DNA from: Macrostomum lignano
Taxonomy: Eukaryota
Assembly: GCA_002269645.1 (NCBI GenBank)
Contig: NIVC01004862.1
Coordinates: forward strand, 1 to 32,984
DNA: 32,984 nt
Direction of reading: 5' to 3'
Both the position numbers and the translations under genes were made by a program. Below are positions 21,684 through 31,138 of this stretch, one piece after another; position 1 is the stretch's first letter; every line of letters begins with the position of its first letter. Below the pieces are notes generated by a model that saw only the letters and a program-made list of their open reading frames with translations, made no database searches and had not been told where the DNA came from.

Positions 21684-22189
21684 CATTCTTCTATACAGTG
21701 ACTGCGCACAAATCCCTGTCGACTTAAACGCCAGAGAGAAAAAATCAATTTGAAAAGTCATATCAGGGAAAGAGCAGAAATTTTAGCATCCACAATGGGG
21801 AATTGTATTACATGGTGAGAAATAACGATGGCAGTAAGCGCATGCAGCCCGAAGACAAGCGCAAGGTGCTGTTTACTGAGCAGGAAGTGCAAGAAATGAT
21901 GTGTTCCTTATTACCAGTCCTCAACTGTAATCAAGGAACAATCACTTCTAGCTCTGTAGCTAGGCAACCCAGTAATCAAATGAAGGTATTCAATTACCTT
22001 TAATCCGGATTCTTAGATTTCGTTCTTGAGTCGTTCTCAACTGTAGATTTCTCAGTAGATCTCGTAGACTTCTAGACGTCTTCAGGTGTCGATCGGGTCC
22101 GAGTTTCCTTCTTCTCTCTTTTAGAAGTATTTCCGGCCGGAATCTGTCGTTCGGACCAATAGGAAGCTTCCAAATTAACAATGGGTACC

Positions 22190-22917
22190 CTGCGCCAAAC
22201 TGCGGTCTTAATTAAGCCTCCTTCTTCTAGCAGTGCCTCTATGCACTCTAGGAATAGCTCCGGAAACCACTGATAGTCTTCTAAGATCTATCAGGGGCAG
22301 TCCTTCTGGAGACTGCAACCAGTGGAGTCTAAACAGACTCAAGAGTCTCAACAGACTCAAACTAAACTCAAGTCACACTGGACTTGAGCGAGACGTCTCT
22401 AACAACAACAGGCGCAAATAAGGAAGGCTTACCGCAACAACCGACCGAGTATTGGTCCAGGAAGTCCGACTGTGGCTTCCTCTTCGGAGCTCTTCTCCTT
22501 CCGGAGGAATTGTGGCTCCGGGTCCGTTCCGGACCACTTGTATTTATAGGCGTTCAGACCTCTCTCGAGGTCGTACATCACTGTCTTCGCAAATGTCAAA
22601 GGGTCACGATTCGGTGGCTGTCAAGCATGACAGGGTAGAAAGTTGCGCAACTAGTCTACTGTAAAAGCGCATGATTGGTTACCGTAGCTGGTAGACTTTG
22701 ATTGGTTCATCCGGGTGCAACCCGAGTGCAAACCAAATGATGACTTGAAGGTGGGGTTTGAACTGACAGTTGTTGGTCGCACGTGATTGGGTGATTTCTA
22801 AAATTAGCATGCTCGAGATTTCTCTCTTTATATTGGTTAATTCGAATATATGTATGGTTCAGCGCATATCCTTATACATGCTCCTCAAATTACTACTATT
22901 TAAGTAGTACGTTAACA
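22190..22917 (-). mobile_element. Candidate 5' LTR with primer-binding site
   Basis: On the minus strand: several CCAAT boxes, TATAAATACAAG (22548-22537), GGTAAGCCTTC, then ...CCGCA-GTT-TGGCGCAG (~22198-22191), which matches the first 8 nt of a tRNA-Ser-type PBS. Confidence 0.4.
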
Positions 22918-22964
22918 ATTTTAAATAACTTTTCTGGGAGATATAATACTCTACAGAAAATGTC

Positions 22965-23647
22965 TTGAGCTTTCATTCTCAAGGAAGCCATGTTGGCGTG
23001 AAAAGCACCGTAAGTCTTTTCACGGCAAGGTACTATGCCGATATACCTGTAACACCGATTGCCAGAGCAAAACACCGAATCCCATTGAAGTTCCCAGGAA
23101 TGCGAGCGCCTCTTCGGGTTTTTGTGCACGGACTGCATCACAATGCCGACTACCACACCAAACGGTTCCAAGTATACCCTGACTGTATGCTGCAAGTTTA
23201 CAAAGTTTGCCATTTTTCGGGCGTTGCCGAACATCAAAGCGCTGACTATCGCAGCCGAGTTAAAGAGTATTTTTGCGCTTTTCGGCTGACTAATGGTGAT
23301 TCTCAGTGATCAGGGACGCGAGTGTTGCAACTTTGTCTTGGACGCCCTGCTGCAGTCCGGAGAAACACAAAAAGAGTGACCAGCGCTTACCAACCACAGG
23401 TAACCTTAGCAGTAATCTTTTATGCTTCTAATATTCTGTAGAGCATCATGTCGTTAAGTACGAGCAGATCACTAACTTTCCCCAGACAAACGGTGAAACT
23501 CAGTGCCTCAACCAAACGTGCATTAATCTACTGAGACAGCGGTGTGATTCTGAGGAACCAACTAACTCGGATTCCGTGCTGAATGATTTTCAACTCGCCT
23601 ACAACAGCCGCCGACATTCGGTGACGGGCTTCTCGCTGGGCAGGTAA
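22965..23647 (+). mobile_element. Degenerate Gypsy-type integrase
   Basis: HSQGSHVGVKSTVSLFTARYY (HHCC remnant); GSKYTLTVCCKFTKF; TIAAELKSIFALFG*LMVILSDQGRE; FPQTNGETQCLNQTCINLLR; LAYNSRRHSVTGFS. Contains stops and frameshifts. Confidence 0.85.
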
Positions 23648-23901
23648 ATAATACGAAAGTAATTATACAGAGAATCATGTATATTTTATAGTGCATACTT
23701 CTATACTGTAGCAGACACTGTTAGATCATATGCCTTCATTTCGGCGACCCGAAACTGACAGGAGCCCCGGAGATTTTAAACGGTAACACCGGTACGAAAG
23801 GCGTGCTGGGAATCGCTGTCAACTCGCATGAAATCAGATACCATCGGGTCCAGGAGATTTGAAAGGCTTGAAGGTTCTGAACGCACTGGCGATTAAATCT
23901 T

Positions 23902-23963
23902 CAGTGACAATGTACGTGACAATCAGTGACAATCAGTGTCATCAGTGACAATGACAATGTACG
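23902..23963. repeat. Short degenerate tandem repeat (CAGTGACAAT-like unit)
   Basis: cagtgacaatgtacgtgacaatcagtgacaatcagtgtcatcagtgacaatgacaatgtacg. Confidence 0.55.
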
Positions 23964-24372
23964 CTGCTAGGGTGGCTCCATCCATCGAATGGCATCAACA
24001 GATTCAGCATCAACAGTGACAAGCTTTTTTGATCAAGTAGTTATTCGATGCTAGTAGTACTCGTATCTTTTCATTTTCAATGTTTTTGCGGTATATTTAA
24101 TCAGTAAGACAAAAACTATTTTGCAAATTAAAATTAAAAATATACGAAAAATTATAATGTTCCAGATTAATTTTCATTCAATAAAAACCGTTTACACATA
24201 TACGCTTGTAAAAATTGTGTTGTGAAAAATCGATAGTTTTTAAACAGCTCATTTAAAAAAAGATTTTCGAGACCTAAATTTCTTAAAAATAAGCAAACTC
24301 TGATCAATCGTCCACCGTGTCACAGCTGGTCTTTTTGATTAAAGTTAGCTGAATCCAACCAGCGATTCTTCA

Positions 24373-26297
24373 TCAGCCACTCGCTTCATTGTCGTACACT
24401 TTATAGACGCTCGACTTGTCCGGAGCGCCCTGCTGTCCGCTGCTGAGCCCGGCAGCCGAGCTCGCACCCTTCAACTTGATTGACAGAAAGATTAGCAGAG
24501 CCAGAATCAGAATGAACCCCAGGCAGCTGCACACAACGATGATGATCAGCAGGTGCTCCGAGCTCAGGCCGCCCTTCTGCGACGTTGGAGTAGCGGGGGC
24601 CTAGCGGTGGTTGTTGTACGATCTGGAGCAGCCGGTCGGTCCATCTCTGCCAGCATTTTGATCTCCTGCTCGCAAAATCGCTGACCGAACAGAGTAGACG
24701 ATATGGCCAGAGTAACAGCTGAATTGAGCTGAAATAAACCCAGAGCCAACACTTCGGCCATTTGACGCGAACGCTTCGGGTCGTAGCAGGCATTGTTGGG
24801 CCAGAGAGTGTTCTCCAGGTAGTTGCGGCACAGCGGGTCGCAGCCCGTTCGAGAGAAGCACTTGTTGGCGGCCATTTCAGAATAAACTCGGTTTGGGATT
24901 TCACCGTTTCGCATCGCGGTGATGTTGCAACCCCTCTCGATTTGAGGAGTGATGCGGCTCCGCAACCAACACGAATTGATGCCCGACACACCGATGCAGC
25001 GTCCGAGCTTATCGTCGGTGCTCACGGAGACATCGTTAGGATAATAATATAGAAATGAAAGGCACATCTCGTCGCTAGTACCTTCGCCAAAGAAGATAGT
25101 AACGTTGGTTTTTTGTGTGTTAAAATAACATTCGGTCTTTACTTCGTCACCTTTCCGGTATTCGATCGGTGGGTCGAAAGCATGAATCTCCGGTGAGTTG
25201 TAATCGTACACTTGAAGAGGAGACAGGTCTTTAATCATAGTTCCGTTTCTCCACAACGAGATGCGTCCTTTAATGCCATAGGTGTGCATGTGGATAGTTG
25301 CCCCGGTGATGTAGCGAGTCTCATTGTGGTACCGGTTCGTGCACACCGAAGGGCAGGTGTGGTTCACGCTGATCAACGGCTGTCGCGGTGGGAGAACGAG
25401 ATTTCCCTCGCCATACATCACAGTTCCCAAGTCGTATGGTCGCAGGTTTTGTGTAAAGTAAAGAGCAAAGCCAGAAGCGTCGGTGTAGCCTGAATGCCTC
25501 GCCGGGTTGTTCCAGTGAAGCTGCAAAACTCCGTACCGAAAGCCATCACCGCCGATTCGGAACCCCGCGTTGCTGTTGAAGCACTCACCTTTGACTCCGT
25601 AACCCCAGAGGTTCAACATCTCGGTGCAGTTTCCAAGAGCCATGAAACACTGTTTTGGATTATCGAACAGCGTCTGTTCTGGCTTGACACTGCAGGCGTA
25701 CATAATCATGTGGTGCATGACGTTCTTGTTGTCGATGATCGGCCTCGATCCGATCAGGTGAACCGGAGAGGCTGTGTTGTTCAGCTCGAACGCCTGACAG
25801 ATGTAGGTGGTCTCATTGGCGGGCACGGGAGTCGGTTTGAGGGTGAGGTTTCTCATGGTCACGTTGGCACCGTCCAGTGCTGGACAGCTGAAGGCCTTCG
25901 GACACACGGTCCACGAGTTCTTGCACGTCGCGGAGTCGAGCGGGCAGATGCCAGGGTGGGACAGTCCAGTCGTTCGCGCTGGAGCCGCACCGACCTTCCA
26001 CACGCAGTCGGGGTCTCCGAGCTCTTGGCCGTTCGTGAGTCCGTCGCCGTCCGAGTCCTTGCGGCACAGGTCGACCGTCCACTGGAGCCCGGCCGCCTTG
26101 AAGTCCATGCCGAATGGGTTTCTGGCGTTAGCGCCGGCGGGACTCTGGTGTCCGACTCCGGCCCAGATGGCGCCTGGCTGGCACGGGTTCGGGACGCGGT
26201 CGCCGTTCGGGATTCGGGACTGGAACGACTTGTGCGCGTGAGAGCAGCTGAGCAGTGCAGCCAGAGCCACAGAAAGCAGCAGCATAGTCGTTTTCAT
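24373..26297 (-). CDS. Gene 3: temptin-domain copper type II monooxygenase, probably type I membrane-anchored (~641 aa if one base is restored; 577 aa as written)
   Basis: Same architecture and Cu ligands as genes 1 and 2. Adding one C to the C5 run at 24595-24599 extends the frame through PATPTSQKGGLSSEHLLIIIVVCSCLGFILILALLIFLSIKLKG...VYKVYDNEASG to tandem TGA TGA (24375-24370). Confidence 0.88.
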
Positions 26298-26362
26298 TGT
26301 TATTTTTCAGCAGCTTGAGGTTATTGCAGTTGAAAACTTGCATCGGCTGTCTGCTCTGAGAG

Positions 26363-26370
26363 TTTTTATA
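26363..26370 (-). promoter_or_regulatory. Putative TATA box of gene 3
   Basis: TATAAAAA on the minus strand ~65 nt upstream of the ATG, similar to the spacing in gene 4. CCAAT and TGACGC motifs lie just upstream. Confidence 0.5.
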
Positions 26371-28033
26371 CTTTTATTGAGAGTTCATCGAATGCTAAAA
26401 ATAAATAGATGACGCGCTGGACCAATGAAAACGCCCAGAAAGTTTATGCTGTCACTTAGAGTATGGTTTTTTCTAGAATTCATCATCTACGAGTAATTGG
26501 TGTGTCTCGTATTCTCAGACCTCGTTCTTTCCAGAAGTGTTTTTTATGCCGTTGTTATTGAGGCGTCACAAAGAGTACACTCTAAATAGACACTCGAAAT
26601 CGTGAGAAAGTTTTTGCAAGAATATTAACGAGAATAGTATAGACTGTCATAATTTTAAACCTTGTTGTTGGCATACCAGACAGTTCCAGTGATTATATAC
26701 TTATTTAGCGTTTGGTAGAGAGCATCGTTGGTAGAAAAGTTCAGGTGTATTATATAAATTAATCATAGTAAAGCGTGTGGTAATCTTAATAACCTACACG
26801 TCTCACCGAATTCGTGTAGGCTAATAATTTGTGAATCATTTGATGCAGGTTGTAGGGGTCGAAAAAATCGCCATTGAATAGACTTGCTTACACTGATCTA
26901 TGTAAATCTTGCAGCGCTGAGCTGCATTGTGCATGAAATTTCATTTTAACCGAAAGCTAGGAAATTTAATCGCACGGCTTTCATTGTCTATTCTGTTTGC
27001 ATCAAATGGAGCACGGCTTATAATTAAACTGATGGGCAAGAAAATGGAAAAGAGAAAAGAAAATAACCAAATTTTCGACGGGCAAAGATAACAAGAGCAG
27101 GGCGTTACGCTTGAATAAGTACTTGGGGCTGCGCTGGAGTAGCCAGTGCTTGTGAAGTGGACAAAGTTTCAAATGACGGTTATTGTTTTTTGAGCCTAAG
27201 CTAGGAAACGTAGAGCCTACGTAGCTGGACAACAATATGCAACTGACAGTTTTCTATCGTCCACTCCGCATTTTATGAGCTTGCTAGCTAAACTTAGAAT
27301 CGGAAAAATTAGTGCAGAAAGTACTAGTACTAGTGTGATAAATAATAATATAGACGATTTTTTAAAAAAATGGTCAACTTTTAATCAGCTGAGTTATAGG
27401 ATGCCACGGCTTAAGGAGTTGCTGGAATGAAAAGGATCAAGGGGAGTTGCGATTGCTAGCTCGTAGAAGGGGTCTTTAACAAGAAAGCTTGATACGATAT
27501 ATCAAGGTTAATAAACTCCTGCTTTACACCTCCCCGATGAGGGACCAATCTGCTAGTTTCCTATAAAACCACAAGCAGTACTATGAGGAAAATCGTAATT
27601 GATAGAGTTTAGTAATTTGCTTTTAAATTTCTATCATTTTTTCTTGCAGAAACTTTCCTTCGAAGTGACAACATTTTGGATAATGGAATATTAAGTATGG
27701 ATACTATTAAACTGGCTTGAACATCAGAACTTTTTAAATAACAATGCAAATTGTAGCAACAAATCGCAACTGTCGCACAGTTAAATCATTAAACGCGTAT
27801 CGCCATCGATCTCTAATGGTGCTTTTGATGCCTTTGCGTAAGTGTAATCAGCAGAAGATTCCTATTTTCTAAACTGTCCACAAAGCAAAGTTGACGCAAG
27901 CGCCAAGAGCAGACAAGAACAGACAAAGCTATAGTCACTTTTTGGACTCATTATACGAGCGTATGCATAGTCAGAAAAAACTTCACTTTAGCGTCTTCTT
28001 AGAAAACAACTTGTTTACTTTATTTAGTGTCCA

Positions 28034-29700
28034 TTATATAAAAAATAGCCAATATTGCTGGGTACTCTTGAAGTGAAGCGAAAGTTCCGTTAGCAAGAGG
28101 TTGGGAGAAATCAGCCGACACGCGCGTGATGCGTGAACAAGCATATAGCCTTGGCAGCAACTCCCCCAGATGAAAAAGACCTGCAAGCCTAAAAATAGCC
28201 CAGATGATCGACGAGCGAGAAGCCCAGCCATGCGACCCTCGCATGATGCATGAACCACCTCTGGCCGACACTGCCTATTAAGCCTCCAAGTCATTGTCTT
28301 TCTCGTCTTCGCAGGAATGCTGTCACTCAAATGACTCGGAAAGCCGGGAAAAATGGAGGGCACTGCTTCTGGATAGAGTCGCTTCCGTTCCAATGGCCGA
28401 AATACGACTTACTTTGACTTAGCTGCAGGGCTGTCCCGGAGGGGACACTTGACACAGCGGGAAGGCGCGGGCGCCCATTCCTCTAATCCCTGAACGGCCG
28501 ACGCGTCGCTATTGACGGAGGGTTGGCGCCGCCCAGGGAATCCCCCAGTGTCGCCAGCAGCTATAGTGCTCTCTGGAAAGGAGAGTTCAGCCCTGCGGGT
28601 GGCCCGAAGGTAGCGCATGAGCTGGTTAAAGTTTTCGGGTTTGCACGCTTCAGTAATAGATGTGTGTGGCCCGAGGTAAGTGAGTCTGGCCCACGTAAAG
28701 GCGGGACAGATGCTGACGAAATGCTCAGCGGTTTCGTCACCTGAGTTGCAGAAACTGCAGATGGCGTTGGTGGCGTTGCCCTGCAAGTACTGGTGCCTAG
28801 AGAAGCAGCCGTGACCTGAGAGGGTCATGGTGGCAGCCCGGATGTCTCTACGCGAGAGGCGCAAGAGGAGCTTCCGGAGCTGGTGAGAGGGCTGAGGGAC
28901 AGCGCCTCTGGATTCCCTGCAGGTGGTGCAGTTCGCCCAAGTCGAGCGGTGCTGAGTCCTGATCCACGCTTTGATGCGCGAGTCGATGACACAGCCGGGA
29001 ATCGGGACAAGAGGTTCGGGACCGAGAGAGGAGCCGGAGGCACCAACTTTTGCAAGGGTGTCGGCCAACTTATTCCCTCGGATCCCCACATGCCCCGGAA
29101 CCCTCATTTTGTTAGTGGGTGATTTTGTAATTTTGTAATTTTGTTAATTTTGTTGGTGGAAGTCAGTAAGAGGGAAATTTTGTTATTTTGGGTAATTTTG
29201 TTGGTGGAACCCAACATGTTGAGGAGTCTGATACAATCGAGGACTGTAGCAGAATTGGTGCAGCAGCCACTGATGGCGTGCAAGGCAGCTTGGCTGTCCG
29301 AATGGAAAATGATGTTCTTACCAGTAACGCCAGTGGCGAGAAGCTCTGCAGTGCAGGAGCTGATGGCCAGAACTTCATTTTGGAAGACACTGGAGTTGAC
29401 CCCAGTGTATTGAGCGTGGGTAGCGATGACCCTCCCGTCCAGAAAGATTCCAACACCAAATCCGGTGTGAAATCCTTCTAGAGATTGCACAAAACACTCT
29501 GGAATAAAGTGCTCAGAGCACACCTTGGAATGCTTTGAAGGTTTGAAATCTTTGCGGCGGCGAGCAGCTATCCATTTTTTCTTAACATCATTGTCCTTCG
29601 GGAAGGAGTGAAATGAGATTGCTGACGAACTTGAGGCCCTGTTGCTACAAACAAATGCTGTGCAGAAGTGACTGTTTCCTGGCTTTTTAGCTTGCTGCAT
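28034..29700 (-). pseudogene. THAP zinc-finger ORF (gene or P/Harbinger-type transposon 5' part) split by a LINE insertion
   Basis: N-part CTAFVCSNR...FHSFP...W...VCSEHF (29700-29469) and C-part RKRLYPEAVPSIFP (28398-28034) rejoin in frame (597 nt, 198 aa) when the insert is removed. Confidence 0.85.
28404..29468 (-). mobile_element. 5'-truncated R1/LOA-type LINE, copy 2 (RNase H C-part, CCHC knuckle, 3' UTR)
   Basis: SVFQNEVLAI, IFHSDSQAAL, VPGHVGIRGNKLADTLAK, LSGHGCFSRH...CSFCNSGDETAEHFVSICP, and an AAGT-like 3' tail. Flanked by GAAAT at 28399-28403 and 29469-29473. Confidence 0.9.
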
Positions 29701-29835
29701 CGTATGCTGATTGAATTATTTTTCGCTACACATTCATCAGTTTTCTTAATTAATCAACCATATATTTTTTTTCATTTTTACTTAGCAGTCAGTACAACCA
29801 TATGTGCGCTTGATGAGATTTTAGACAGATTTTAG

Positions 29836-30133
29836 ACAGTGGGATAGTGGGGTGCCCCGGTCCCCACGCAGTTCACTAAAATGAGTGGCTGCGGCGTTAA
29901 AATGGTGCCTGCAGCGCTAAAATGAGTTTCTGCGGTGCTAAAATGAGTGTCTGCGGTGCTAAAATGAGTGTCTGCGGTGCTAAAATGAGTGTCTGCGGTG
30001 CTAAAATGAGTGTCTGCGGTGCTAAAATGAGTGTCTGCGGTGCTAAAATGAGTGTCTGCGGTGCTAAAATGAGTGCCTGCGGCGCTAAAATGGTAGAAGT
30101 TCGTGGGGACCAGGGCACCGCACTATCTCACTG
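29836..30133. mobile_element. MITE with CAGTG termini (Tc1/mariner-pogo-like) enclosing a 21-bp minisatellite
   Basis: ~32-bp terminal inverted repeats CAGTG(G/A)GATAGTG(G/C)GGTGCCC(C/T)GGTCCCCACG with 3 mismatches. The canonical TA target duplication is not intact. Confidence 0.7.
29875..30093. repeat. 21-bp tandem repeat, about 10-11 units
   Basis: Unit GCTAAAATGAGTGTCTGCGGT. Central units are identical and terminal units are diverged. Confidence 0.95.
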
Positions 30134-31062
30134 TTCCATTATCGATCGGGGGGAGGAAAACTGAGGGTGCCATTTCCTCTATGACAAACAAGACATGCAC
30201 CCCTTAGTGTGGGGAATACCGGCATGCGCAGTCTAGTTATATTACTTGGTCTGTGGTACAGTGTGTTAGCTTATAAAATATACTGATTGCAGAGGAACGA
30301 TCCTCGCCAGAAGTTTGAGAATGTGACTCCAGAGATCACACAGAGAAAGTACCATCGGGTCCATTGTTCGTTGTCTTTCTGAACTGTTGGCAGAAGGAAA
30401 CATTTATGGGGAAAGCCATGATAATAAAACGTTTCACTCAGGAGTTTGGACTTGTGTAACACTAAGCATTAGGACATTTGCGTTGACGGTCGAAATATGT
30501 CTCAATTTTTACTTCTAGCGTTTTGGCTTATAGATACGATCTACCGATTGCCTTCCCGGAATGAAAGAATGCCAGCTAATGCAATAGAAAATGTGAGGAA
30601 TACTCTTATCTGTGGTCGCAGGTATTTAAGCATTTCGGCGCCACTACACGAGTCGAGTTTTACACGATCTGAACTTTATGTTCTGGGCACCTTAGGAGCT
30701 ACGAGTACTTTTACGGGTTAAAGTCTGTATATTTTAGCTCGTAAAAAGAACTCGTCTAAAACTTTATCATCTTAAGTTTGCCTCTGACTTCATTGAAAAC
30801 ACTTTAAATAAACATGTATGTAGATTCTTCGAGGTCTGTCGTGTACTTGGTAACCAAGCAAACAATGAGCAATATTTATCCAAGTCATTTGCTGCCCTTT
30901 TGGAAACCAAGCAGCTCACGACATTGGCAAACAGTGCGGTAGGCAGAACACGGCCAGTCGGGGCATGGATTCAAATGCAAATAAGAATTACTAAGTTAAT
31001 CATTCACCATAAACAAACATAACCTGAGAACCTGAGAACGCAGAAATGACGCACAAGGCGCC

Positions 31063-31070
31063 TATATAAA
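31063..31070 (+). promoter_or_regulatory. Putative TATA box of gene 4
   Basis: TATATAAA ~70 nt upstream of ATG 31139, with TGACGCA just upstream. Confidence 0.55.
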
Positions 31071-31138
31071 ATAAAAGATGCGTGGAAAAGAATGAACGAC
31101 AGAGCCGCAAATCTGCAGCTTTGAACCCGACCCGAATC

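Noticed and set aside
20755-21753. Several 100-150 aa Phe/Leu/Pro-rich or Gly/Glu/Arg-rich ORFs
   Set aside because: Products of the purine/pyrimidine-skewed low-complexity tract; no domain signal.
24590-24605. Programmed -1 ribosomal frameshift producing soluble and membrane forms of gene 3
   Set aside because: No X XXY YYZ slippery heptamer at the junction. A homopolymer indel explains it more simply, and gene 4 shows several such indels.
29875-30093. Regular repeat array resembling CRISPR
   Set aside because: Head-to-tail units with no unique spacers, no cas genes, eukaryotic context. The same applies to the 15-bp arrays at 8293-8908.
30224-30286. Signal-peptide-like mini ORF MRSLVILLGLWYSVLAYKIY*, considered as a fifth paralog relic
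   Set aside because: Stops after 20 codons and no IPNG or other temptin motif follows in any frame.
31082-31138. Upstream GTG start of gene 4 given by the ORF track
   Set aside because: Eukaryotic gene; ATG 31139 begins the signal peptide and fits the TATA spacing.
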